Source: an uncultured Acidimicrobiaceae bacterium
GTDB lineage: Bacteria > Actinomycetota > Acidimicrobiia > Spongiisociales > ZC4RG35
Assembly (NCBI GenBank): GCA_964400035.1
Contig: CAYNSP010000003.1
Coordinates: 1 to 44,202, forward strand
DNA: 44,202 bases
Reading direction: 5' to 3'
Part shown: positions 35,887-44,202 of the stretch, one piece after another
Layout: each line of letters begins with the position of its first letter
Position numbering within the stretch: position 1 is the first letter of the stretch
Program-made: the position numbers and the translations under genes
The notes under the pieces: generated by a model
The model's input: the letters and a program-made list of their open reading frames with translations, nothing else
The model's database searches: none
Told to the model about the DNA's origin: nothing

Positions 35887-37245
35887 TCAGGCGTTGACCA
35901 CCGGAATCTTCGCCGTGGCTTCGGAGATGCGATCGGCCGGATGGTCATAGTCCTCGAGGGTTCCCGAGTTGTAGGCGTCATAGGCGATCATGTCGAAGTG
36001 GCCGTGGCCGGAGAGGTTGAAGAGGATCACCTTCTCCTCGCCTGCCTCCTTCGCCCGTTCCGCCTCGAGCATGGCCGAGGCCACCGCGTGGGTGGGCTCG
36101 GGCCCGGGAACGATCCCCTCCGCCCTGGTGAAAGCCACCGCCTTCTTGAACGTCTCGGTCTGATGAAGCGCCTCGGCCTCGATCAGCCCCAACTCGTAGA
36201 GATGGGAGACGATCGGTGCCATCCCGTGATATCGAAGACCACCCGCATGGATCGGGTCGGGTATGAAGTCATGACCCAGGGTGTGCATCCGGATCAGCGG
36301 GGCCATCATCCCGGTGTCACCGAAGTCGTACCGGTATTCACCTTTGGTCAGGGACGGTGCCGCCGCCGGTTCCACTGCCCGGATCACCGGGTCCATGGTC
36401 CCCGCCAGCTTCTCCCTGACGAACGGGAAGGCGAGTCCGGCGAAGTTGGAGCCACCACCAGCACAGCCGATCACGACATCCGGCGTCTCCCCGACCATGG
36501 CGAGCTGCTTCAACGCCTCTTCGCCGATGATCGTCTGATGCAGCAGAACGAAGTCGAACACCGATCCGATGGCGTATTTGCTGTTCTCCCCGGTGACACA
36601 GGCCTCGATCGCTTCTGAGATGGCGATGCCGAGGCTGCCGGTCGAATCCGGCGATTCCTCCAACACCTTCCGACCGTATGCGGTCTGGGTGGACGGCGAA
36701 GGGTAGATGGTCGATCCAAAGGCCTCGATCAGGGCCTTGCGGTAGGGCTTCTGATCGTATGAAGCCCTCACCTGGAAGATCACCGCTTCGAGTCCGAATC
36801 GGGCTGCAGCGAACGCCACCGCAGATCCCCACTGACCGGCACCGGTCTCGGTGGTCAGTCGGGTGACCCCCGCCTTAGCGTTGTAGTACGCCTGGGGCAC
36901 AGCGGTGTTGGGTTTGTGCGAACCCACCGGGCTGACCCCCTCGTACTTGTAATAGATGCGGGCCGGTCCACCAATGAGACGCTCCAGACCATGGGCCCGG
37001 TAGAGGGGACTGGGACGCCAGGATCTGTAGACCTCGCGAACCCCTTCGGGGATCTCGATGAACCGTTCCGGACTGACCACCTGGAGGATCAGATCCATCG
37101 GGAAGAGAGGGATCAGATCGTCGGGACCGATCGGCTGCAGAGTTCCCGGGTGGAGTGGCGGGGGCGGCATCGAAGGGAGGTCGGGGACGATGTTGTACCA
37201 GTGAGTCGGCATATCCGACTCGGGGAGGATGATCTTGGTCGCCAT
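35887..37245 (-). CDS. trpB2: TrpB-like PLP-dependent enzyme (tryptophan synthase beta chain 2 family)
   Basis: 452 aa. IYYKYEGVSPVGSHKPNTAV (PLP Lys), TETGAGQWGSA and GCAGGGSNFAG motifs, plus the long N-terminal extension typical of TrpB2. Confidence 0.85.
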   Translation of the reverse strand: MATKIILPESDMPTHWYNIVPDLPSMPPPPLHPGTLQPIGPDDLIPLFPMDLILQVVSPERFIEIPEGVREVYRSWRPSPLYRAHGLERLIGGPARIYYKYEGVSPVGSHKPNTAVPQAYYNAKAGVTRLTTETGAGQWGSAVAFAAARFGLEAVIFQVRASYDQKPYRKALIEAFGSTIYPSPSTQTAYGRKVLEESPDSTGSLGIAISEAIEACVTGENSKYAIGSVFDFVLLHQTIIGEEALKQLAMVGETPDVVIGCAGGGSNFAGLAFPFVREKLAGTMDPVIRAVEPAAAPSLTKGEYRYDFGDTGMMAPLIRMHTLGHDFIPDPIHAGGLRYHGMAPIVSHLYELGLIEAEALHQTETFKKAVAFTRAEGIVPGPEPTHAVASAMLEAERAKEAGEEKVILFNLSGHGHFDMIAYDAYNSGTLEDYDHPADRISEATAKIPVVNA

Positions 37246-37293
37246 TGAATAAACCTAGTCCGCTCCACCGTCCAGTGGACCCGCCCGATTCGT

Positions 37294-37316
37294 CCTCCAG
37301 GCCCGAAGGCTGGAGG
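37294..37316 (-). other. UUCG-capped stable hairpin in the acs/trpB2 spacer (terminator or leader element)
   Basis: Minus-strand RNA is CCUCCAGCC-UUCG-GGC(C)UGGAGG. It lies about 110 nt after the acs stop and about 50 nt before the trpB2 ATG, with no U-tract. Confidence 0.3.
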
Positions 37317-37328
37317 AAGGGGACCCCA
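37315..37328. repeat. third copy (14 nt, GGAAGGGGACCCCA) of the motif at 31443-31456
   Basis: Exact 14-nt match to copy 1 of the 31.4-kb repeat. As in copy 1, a small hairpin follows immediately (GCCC-gtaa-GGGC). Confidence 0.7.
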
Positions 37329-37424
37329 TGCCCGTAAGGGCGCGGGATAGAAGCCCTTCGTTCTCGCCACCGGAGGCCAGGGTCAGTCGGTCCCCCCGGG
37401 CCCAGCCAGGCCCACAGAAAGAAC

Positions 37425-39377
37425 TCAGTCCTCGGTGGACACTTTCGCTTTGCGGGCGATCTCCTCGACGATGTCGGCGTTAGCCAGTGTGGTGACATCC
37501 CCGAGCTGGCGGTCCTCGGAAATGTCTTTGAGCAGTCTCCGCATGATCTTTCCGGACCTGGTCTTGGGAAGATCGCCGGTGAACACGATCGACTTGGGCT
37601 TGGCGATGGGGCCGAGTGTCGAGGCGACGTGCTCCCGAAGCTCGGCCAGCAGAGCGCCGTCGCCCTGGACCGACCCCCGGAGGGTGACGAAGGCGGCGAT
37701 GGCCTGCCCGGTCAGTTCGTCCTTGCGACCCACCACGGCCGCCTCGGCGACAGCCGGATGACTGACCAGGGCGGATTCGACCTCCGTGGTGGAGATGTTG
37801 TGGCCGGCCACCAGCATGATGTCGTCCACCCTCCCCAGCAGCCAGAAATATCCGTCCTCATCCCGTTTCGCCCCGTCACCGGGGAAGTAGCGACCCGGGA
37901 ATTTCGACCAGTAGGTGTCGACATACCGCTGATCGTCACCGTAGATCGTCCGGGCCATAGCGGGTGCGGGACTGGTCAGAACCAGGTATCCGCCACCGCC
38001 CAGGGGCACAGAATTGCCCTCGTCATCGACGACATCAGCGCCGATCCCGGGCAAGGGAACAGTCGCCGATCCGGGTTTGGTCGCGATCAGACCGGGTAGC
38101 GGGCTGATCATGATGGCGCCGGTCTCGGTCTGCCACCAGGTGTCCACCACCGGGCACTCACCACGCCCGATGTTCTCCCGATACCACATCCAAGCTTCGG
38201 GGTTGATCGGTTCTCCGACGGTCCCCAGCAACCGCAAAGAGGAGAGGTCGTGCCTCGCCGGGTACTCGTCACCCCATTTCATGAACGCCCTGATTGCGGT
38301 CGGAGCGGTGTAGAAGATGGTGACCCCATAGGTAGCGATGATCGACCACAGCCGGTCGAAATCGGGATAGTTGGGGGCTCCCTCGTAGATGACTCCGGTG
38401 GTCCGGTTGGCCAGCGGCCCGTACACGATGTAGCTGTGCCCGGTGACCCATCCGATGTCGGCGGCACACCAGTACACGTCACTGTCAGGCTTGATGTCGA
38501 ACACCAGGGAATGGGTTGTGGTGACACCGGTCAGATAACCGCCCTGAGTGTGGACGATCCCCTTCGGTTTCCCGGTCGTGCCAGAGGTGTAGAGGATGTA
38601 GAGGGGATCTTCGGCGTTGAGGGCGACCGGCTCACATACATCGGACTGGCTCTCGACCAGGTCATGCCACCAGATGTCACGACCTTCGACCATGCTGACC
38701 TCGTGGCCGGTGCGTCGGAGAACGATTGTCTTCTCGACTTCGGGTGTGTGCTCCAACGCCCGATCCGTGTTCTCCTTCAATGGAACGATGTTGCCGCCAC
38801 GCCACGCCCCGTCCTGGGTGATGACGATGCGAGCCCGGGCGTCGAGGATCCGGCTAGAGAGAGCCTCCGAGGAGAATCCACCGAAGACGACGGAATGAAC
38901 CAGACCCAGCCGGGCACAGGCCAGCATGGCGATCGGCAACTCCGGAACCATCCCCATGTAGATGGCGACACGATCCCCCTTCTGGAGACCGAGACTCTTC
39001 AGAGCGTTGGCGAACCGGTTCACCTCGCCTGCCAGGTCGGAATAGGTGAGGGTGCGGGTGTCCCCCGGCTCACCGACCCAGTAGTAGGCAACCTGATCGC
39101 CATGATCGGCGAGATGGCGATCGAGACAGTTGTAGGAGAGATTCAGTTCACCATCGGCGAACCACTTGAAGAAGGGAGGATTGGAGTCGTCGAGAACCGC
39201 TGAGGGCTCTTTGAACCAGGTGATCCGTTTCAGAGCTTGGCGGTGCCAGAACCGGGGGCCTTCGGCCCCTGCCTGCTCGTAGATGCCGGGATCGGCGATC
39301 GAACCGGCTGCGAACCCGGAGGGAGGGGGAAAACTACGTCCCTCATAGAGCAGGTTCTCAAGTGTCTCCGACATCAC
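37425..39377 (-). CDS. acs: acetyl-CoA synthetase
   Basis: 650 aa. [19 protein letters not shown] and [11 protein letters not shown] motifs. Its ATG overlaps the lnt stop (ATGA). Confidence 0.93.
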   Translation of the reverse strand: MMSETLENLLYEGRSFPPPSGFAAGSIADPGIYEQAGAEGPRFWHRQALKRITWFKEPSAVLDDSNPPFFKWFADGELNLSYNCLDRHLADHGDQVAYYWVGEPGDTRTLTYSDLAGEVNRFANALKSLGLQKGDRVAIYMGMVPELPIAMLACARLGLVHSVVFGGFSSEALSSRILDARARIVITQDGAWRGGNIVPLKENTDRALEHTPEVEKTIVLRRTGHEVSMVEGRDIWWHDLVESQSDVCEPVALNAEDPLYILYTSGTTGKPKGIVHTQGGYLTGVTTTHSLVFDIKPDSDVYWCAADIGWVTGHSYIVYGPLANRTTGVIYEGAPNYPDFDRLWSIIATYGVTIFYTAPTAIRAFMKWGDEYPARHDLSSLRLLGTVGEPINPEAWMWYRENIGRGECPVVDTWWQTETGAIMISPLPGLIATKPGSATVPLPGIGADVVDDEGNSVPLGGGGYLVLTSPAPAMARTIYGDDQRYVDTYWSKFPGRYFPGDGAKRDEDGYFWLLGRVDDIMLVAGHNISTTEVESALVSHPAVAEAAVVGRKDELTGQAIAAFVTLRGSVQGDGALLAELREHVASTLGPIAKPKSIVFTGDLPKTRSGKIMRRLLKDISEDRQLGDVTTLANADIVEEIARKAKVSTED

Positions 39378-40966
39378 TCCTCCTCGTCAGCCAGAACGGT
39401 GGAAGGTACCAGTCGACGTTGCCTGACCCACACCCCGAATCCGAGCACCGCCGACAGGTACATGACCACGTCACCCATCTGAGCGTATATCGACGTCTCC
39501 CATCCCGGCATCAGGTCCCCGTAGACGATCGTCGCTTCACCCAAGCCCGTCTTCGGGGTGAGGAACGCGCCGGTGTGATCGATCAGCACTGACTTCCCGG
39601 TTACGGCGGCATGAATCACCGGGACCTGCAGTTCGGCGGCACGCATCCGGGTCATCCCGGTGAACTGTTCGGCGGTCGGTGAGGTCGGCCCGTACGACTC
39701 ATTGTTGGTGGCCACCACCATGACCCGCGCACCCTCGCGGGCGTGGGCTCGTGCGTACCGGGAGAAGCCACCCTCCCAGGAGATCACCGAGCCGAGCCGC
39801 ATCGGTCCGCCATCAGTGGTGGGATCGTCGACTTCGAATACGACCGGGCCGTCCCCGGGAATCATGTCCCGGGGAACCCGTCTGAGCTCGGGGATGAGAC
39901 GGGTGAAGAAGGCCCTGGCAGGAATCCACTCGCCGAACGGGACGGGAAGCTGCTTGTGATACTCACCCACGATTTCGCCTGCCGGGTTGAACAACACGTT
40001 CACATTTACCCAGTGGGTGTCGTTGAGGGGGCGGTCACCCCCGACCAAGATCCAGGCACCGATCCGTCGGGCTTCGGCTGCGATCAATTGGGCGATCTCC
40101 GGGTTCCGGACCGGGTCGGCGTTGGTGGAACCCGTCGAACTCTCCGACCAGACCACCAGACCGACCCTGCCCGCAGGAATCGTCCTGGTGAGTTCGAGAT
40201 GACGTTCGAAGGTGCGGAGCCGCTGATCGGGTGGACAGTCCTCGAATGGACAGGGACTGGACCCCTGCACGATCGCCACCGGATGCCTGACACCGTCGTC
40301 GACCACCGGGTTGAGCAGGGCGAGCCCGACGGCGACTAGGACCGGGATCAGAACGGTGAGCCGTGTGGTCCGGGAGGACTCCCGTTCGAACTCCAGCACC
40401 AGGAGCGCGGCCACGGCGACCGCCACCATGGTCAGACCGCTGGTCCCGATGATCGGCGCCAGGGCCCGAGCCCAGACCATGGCGTACCCGGTGGCGCCCC
40501 ACTCGGTGCCGCCGAAAGGAATGAGATAGCGGATCAGTTCCATCACCGCCCAGCCGCCGATGGCGAGAAGCAGCCACGCCGCACCGTTGACCTTGCGAAA
40601 GCGGGAGATCCACCAGGCAAAGGCACCGGTGAACAAGGCCTGCACCGGGATCAGGGCCAGGGCGGTCCAATGGAGGAGAGAGAGCCACCACATCAGCCCA
40701 CCCCAGAAGACCAACCCGAACAGGTATCCCACCAGGAACCCGGTGGCGGGTCTCCTGACACTCCGGATCGCCCGCAGGAAAAGGGCGATCCCGGGAAGTA
40801 TCAGAGGCCCCCATCCGAAAGGGGGGAAAGCAAGCACCGACACGGCGGCTCCTACCACCGCCAGGAGGAACGGTTTCACGGCAGCAAGGTACTTGTAGTC
40901 CGGTCGATAAGCATGAGAAGCATCTCCGGTCCCGCCTGACAGACCGCCATCTATCGTTGCCGCCAT
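39374..40966 (-). CDS. lnt: apolipoprotein N-acyltransferase homologue (catalytic Cys position encoded as Ser)
   Basis: Start reset to ATG 40966 (MAATIDGG...). It has a polytopic N-terminal half plus a CN-hydrolase domain with VVWSESS (Glu) and [14 protein letters not shown] (Lys). The expected I-C-W/Y-E reads VISWEG (Ser codon at 39779-39781). The rest of the track ORF (to 41464) is antisense to the IMPase gene. Confidence 0.8.
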   Translation of the reverse strand: MAATIDGGLSGGTGDASHAYRPDYKYLAAVKPFLLAVVGAAVSVLAFPPFGWGPLILPGIALFLRAIRSVRRPATGFLVGYLFGLVFWGGLMWWLSLLHWTALALIPVQALFTGAFAWWISRFRKVNGAAWLLLAIGGWAVMELIRYLIPFGGTEWGATGYAMVWARALAPIIGTSGLTMVAVAVAALLVLEFERESSRTTRLTVLIPVLVAVGLALLNPVVDDGVRHPVAIVQGSSPCPFEDCPPDQRLRTFERHLELTRTIPAGRVGLVVWSESSTGSTNADPVRNPEIAQLIAAEARRIGAWILVGGDRPLNDTHWVNVNVLFNPAGEIVGEYHKQLPVPFGEWIPARAFFTRLIPELRRVPRDMIPGDGPVVFEVDDPTTDGGPMRLGSVISWEGGFSRYARAHAREGARVMVVATNNESYGPTSPTAEQFTGMTRMRAAELQVPVIHAAVTGKSVLIDHTGAFLTPKTGLGEATIVYGDLMPGWETSIYAQMGDVVMYLSAVLGFGVWVRQRRLVPSTVLADEEE

Positions 40967-41012
40967 CTCCCGGGGAGAAGAGCGCACTGCCTCCTTTGGA
41001 GTCTTTGGAACA

Positions 41013-41028
41013 CGGGTACAGGTACCCG
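41013..41028. promoter_or_regulatory. 16-bp palindrome CGGGTAC-ag-GTACCCG preceded by tandem CTTTGGA repeats in the divergent lnt/IMPase spacer
   Basis: Perfect 7+7 inverted repeat. CTTTGGA-gt-CTTTGGA sits at 40994-41009. The element lies 20 nt upstream of the IMPase ATG. Confidence 0.3.
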
Positions 41029-41047
41029 GTGAGTGGAGTGATAGAGC

Positions 41048-41854
41048 ATGTGGGAAGGTGATGTCTGGGTAGCGCAGAAGGCGGCACGTGCCGGCGTTGA
41101 CGTCGTCCAGACGGGCTTCTTCAGTACCACCGGTGTCGAATTCAAGGGCGCGGCCAATCCGGTGACCGAGGTCGACATCGCTTCGGAGAAGGCGATCACC
41201 ACAGTCATAGCCGGACACTTCCCTCAGGATTCCATCCTCGCCGAGGAGGGCGGTGGTGCCGACTGGCGGTCGGGACGTGTCTGGATCGTCGACCCACTGG
41301 ACGGCACCGTCAACTTCATTCACGGGATCCCCCAGGTCTCGGTCACGGTCGCGCTTTGGAACGATGGGGAACCCGTGGTCGGTGTGACCATTGATGTGGC
41401 CACCAATGAGGAATGGGTCGCCGTCAAGGGTGGAGGTGCCACCCTCAACGGTCAGCCGATCCATGTGTCGACAATTTCACAAACCGAGAAGGCCCTGATC
41501 CTCAGTGGATTCCCTTATGACCAGGCCGACCACTCCACCTCGTATCTCGATCTCACCAGAGAACTCCTCGCCGGGACGATGGTGGTGCGGGTAATGGGGT
41601 CTGCGGCCCTCGACCTGGCCTGGGTAGCTGCCGGGCGTGCTGACGGATACTGCGAACACGGTGGCCCGGAAGGGATCAAACCCTGGGACATGGCGGCAGG
41701 TGCCCTCATGGTCACCGAGGCCGGCGGTCGCTTCACCGACCATCTCGGGGAGCCGCATCGGTTGGACTCACCGGTATTCGTTGCCAGCAACGGAATCATC
41801 CACGACGACCTCCTCGACATCGCCCGCCGGACCCTCCCCGAGCACCTCCGATGA
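41048..41854 (+). CDS. inositol monophosphatase family protein
   Basis: ILAEEGG, WIVDPLDGTVNF and KPWDMAAG motifs. Confidence 0.85.
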   Translation: MWEGDVWVAQKAARAGVDVVQTGFFSTTGVEFKGAANPVTEVDIASEKAITTVIAGHFPQDSILAEEGGGADWRSGRVWIVDPLDGTVNFIHGIPQVSVTVALWNDGEPVVGVTIDVATNEEWVAVKGGGATLNGQPIHVSTISQTEKALILSGFPYDQADHSTSYLDLTRELLAGTMVVRVMGSAALDLAWVAAGRADGYCEHGGPEGIKPWDMAAGALMVTEAGGRFTDHLGEPHRLDSPVFVASNGIIHDDLLDIARRTLPEHLR

Positions 41855-43095
41855 CCTACCACGACCACCACCTTCACCCAATGGGTTATGTGGGGATGGT
41901 TCTCGGGTTGGACCTGTTCGACGCCCGGAACCTCGAGGATCTGTTGGATCGGGTTAGCCGACATTCGGACCGGATCGAGGGGGCAGTGGTCGGCACCCGG
42001 ATCAATGACGAATCCCTGATGGAAAACCGACTCCCCCGCGCCGACGACATCGACGGGATCGCACCCGATCGCCCGGTACTGCTGTACAGGTACTGCGGTC
42101 ACATTGCCATCGCCAATTCGGCCGCACTGGCCCTGGCCGGGATTGATCGCGACACATCCGACCCCGAAGGCGGTCTGATCGATCGATACCCGGACGGTCG
42201 GCCCACCGGGGTGCTCCGGGAGACCGCCATCGATCTTGTGTCGAACAAGGTGGCCGGCCTGGTCCGTCCGCCCACCGACGACATGGTGATTGAGGCCCTG
42301 GCGACTCTTCCCGCGATGGGGATCGGCTCGGTCACCGGGATGGTTCACTACGACTCGGACATCTGGGGGAACTCGAGCGAGTTGTCCGAGTTGATCCGGC
42401 TGGCCCCGAGACTGCCCATCGATGTAGACGTGGTGGTGATCACCCGAAGCCCGGCTGAACTCAGTGACGCCCGTGAGCGTCTGGATCGTGCCGGAGGGCG
42501 GGTGAAGTTTCACGGATGGAAGGACTTCTCCGATGGGAGTCTCGGGGGACATACCGCCGCCATGTATGAACCTTTCGCCGACCGTCCGGACACTGTCGGG
42601 ACCGTCCGGCTCGACCACGCCCTGGCGATCGAGATGGGTCTCACCTCTACCTCGATGGGTGGTGTCGCCGCCATCCATGCGATCGGGGACCGGGCCAACG
42701 ACCTGGTCCTCGATGTCATGGAGGAATTGATCGGAGCCGGTGCCGATCCGTCTCTGCTCCGGGTCGAGCACGCCTCAGTCCTCACTGACCGCACCATCGA
42801 CCGATTTGCCGGGCTGGGGGTCACCGCCTCAGTCCAACCCGCCTTCCTCGCCTCCGAAGAGACATGGCTGGAGAAGCGTCTCGGATCGGAGCGGATGAAC
42901 CGCGCCTATCCGTTCAGGTCGTTGTTCGAAGCCGGAGTGCCACTGCTCGGAGGCAGCGACGCCCCGGTGGAGCACCCCGATCCGGAGGTTGGCATCACCG
43001 CCGCGGTCAATCGCCACAACATCAACCCCGATCAGGCCCTCACCAGGGAACAGGCGGAAACCCTGTTCCAACCCCCACCCCATCGGCGGTCGTAG
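41851..43095 (+). CDS. amidohydrolase (Amidohydro_3/YtcJ-like), TIM-barrel-only short form
   Basis: It begins MTYHDHHLHP (the HxH metal motif is at residues 7-9). IHAIGDRAND, VEHASV and GGSDAPVE motifs are present. ATGA overlap with the IMPase stop. Confidence 0.8.
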   Translation: MTYHDHHLHPMGYVGMVLGLDLFDARNLEDLLDRVSRHSDRIEGAVVGTRINDESLMENRLPRADDIDGIAPDRPVLLYRYCGHIAIANSAALALAGIDRDTSDPEGGLIDRYPDGRPTGVLRETAIDLVSNKVAGLVRPPTDDMVIEALATLPAMGIGSVTGMVHYDSDIWGNSSELSELIRLAPRLPIDVDVVVITRSPAELSDARERLDRAGGRVKFHGWKDFSDGSLGGHTAAMYEPFADRPDTVGTVRLDHALAIEMGLTSTSMGGVAAIHAIGDRANDLVLDVMEELIGAGADPSLLRVEHASVLTDRTIDRFAGLGVTASVQPAFLASEETWLEKRLGSERMNRAYPFRSLFEAGVPLLGGSDAPVEHPDPEVGITAAVNRHNINPDQALTREQAETLFQPPPHRRS

Positions 43096-43158
43096 ACCCC
43101 CCGAGAAGCGGATAACGGATCTCGAGCTTCCTGCCGGGGACTGCCTACTCTCCCGCCG

Positions 43159-44202
43159 ATGTGGTCACTCTCCCCTGATATCCACCATCTCAACCATGGC
43201 TCGTTTGGTGCCGTCCCGATCCCGGTGCAGGCAGCACAGACGAGGTGGAAGGAACGATGGGAGGAGGCGACGACAAGGTTCATCTAGGTCGAATACCAGC
43301 CCGCACTCGACGAGGCGCGACGGGCGGTGGCAGGGTTCGTAGGTGCTTCCGAGGAAGGTCTCGCATTTATTCGCAACACCACGACCGGGATCGCAGGGGT
43401 GGTCCGATCGATCGAGACCTGGCTCAACCCGGACGACGAGATCCTCACTACCACACAGGCGTACAACGCGGTCCGTCAGACCCTCGAATTCACCGCAGGC
43501 AGAACCGGGGCCAGGGTGGTAGCAGTAGAAATCCCCCTGCAGATCAGTGGTCCCGGGGAAGTCACCAGCCGGATCCTCGATGCGGTGACGGACCGAACCC
43601 GGGTGGCGGTCATCGATCACATCTCCTCACCGACGGGCCAGGTCTTTCCGATCGGAGAGATCGTCTCGAACCTCGAACCCGCCGTCCCCGTCATCGTCGA
43701 TGGTGCCCACGCACCCGGCCAGGTCCCACTTTCGATCGATGCGCTCGGCGCATCCTGGTATGCGGGGAATCTGCACAAATGGGTGTGTGCACCCCGCGGG
43801 GCCGGCTTCCTGGTCACCCGCTCCGACCGGATCGACGAGACCTACCCCGTGGTCATCTCCCACGGGTGGTCGGCTCCCCCCGGCCCCCAGCGATACCGGG
43901 CCCTGTTCGACTGGTTGGGGACCGATGATCCCTCAGCATGCCTGTCAGCCCCGGATGCGATCCGGGTCGTGGCCTCGCTGGAGCCGGATGGATGGGAGGG
44001 AGTGATGGCCCGCAACCACAACCTCGTCATGGCCGCCCGGGAGGTCCTGTGCGACGCCCTCGGTGTTGAACCTCCCTATCCGGAATCGATGGTCGGCTCG
44101 ATGGCGGCGATCCCCCTACCCGACCGGTCCGGTGAGCCGTCGGCCGACTTCATCTCCCCGATGAGCATGGAGCTCCTCTCAGCCGGTTTCGAGGTACCGG
44201 TG
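43159..44202 (+). pseudogene. class-V aminotransferase (isopenicillin-N-epimerase-like) interrupted by one in-frame TAG; 3' end outside the window
   Basis: Absent from the track. My translation in the frame of 43159 reads MWSLSPDIHHLNHGSFGAVPIPVQAAQTRWKERWEEATTRFI*VEYQPALDEARRAVAGFVGASEEGLAFIRNTTTGI...IVDGAHAPGQVPL...YAGNLHKWVCAPRGAGFLV (PLP Lys). The single stop is at 43285-43287. I translated the frame as far as about 43815 and met no other stop; the last ~390 nt to the window end were not checked codon by codon. Confidence 0.65.

Noticed and set aside
40967-41464. 166-codon 5' extension of the lnt ORF, and comparable track extensions of purA, purD, purE, purQ, purL, add, the cupin gene and the CBS-BON gene.
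   Set aside because: The extensions overlap neighbouring genes, have shadow-frame composition, and precede internal starts that reproduce family N-termini or form ATGA/GTGA stop-start overlaps.

Overview
High-GC, actinobacterial-type chromosomal segment (lineage is inference from gene content and codon style). It is densely coding, with about 43 protein genes and no rRNA, tRNA or CRISPR that I can see. The backbone is de novo purine biosynthesis split into four blocks: purA-purD, purE, purB, and purC-purS-purQ-purL-[pfk]-purF-purM. Housekeeping genes lie between them: glnA, acs, lnt, add, glutaryl-CoA dehydrogenase, an LCP protein, a CBS-BON protein, a TrpB2-like enzyme and a class-III aminotransferase. 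Many ORF-track entries carry spurious 5' extensions or are antisense shadows, so I re-set starts using family N-termini and stop/start overlaps. Two genes that run off the window edges are missing from the track: a hydantoinase/oxoprolinase at the left and a class-V aminotransferase at the right. The only clearly accessory stretch is a visibly AT-richer islet of about 3.4 kb (3049-6464) holding a pre-pro S1 serine peptidase, a small lipoprotein and a decayed tyrosine recombinase next to the glnA 3' end. I found no convincing complete novel multi-gene system such as a defence island. The observations most worth follow-up are: (1) an alpha/beta-hydrolase fused to a SARP/BTAD DNA-binding activator, in a minus-strand cluster with an MFS exporter, a metal cupin and an atypical cupredoxin lipoprotein; (2) an otherwise intact Lnt whose catalytic Cys codon is Ser; (3) an in-frame TAG in an otherwise intact class-V aminotransferase; (4) a G-rich 14-17 nt motif repeated only in two intergenic spacers, one of them a structured 179-nt leader of trpB2; (5) a four-fold 11-bp-periodic nnAAC array upstream of glnA (GlnR-like operator); (6) a recurrent TANNNT hexamer 6-7 nt upstream of start codons, suggesting leaderless mRNAs, including a pfk embedded in the pur operon.
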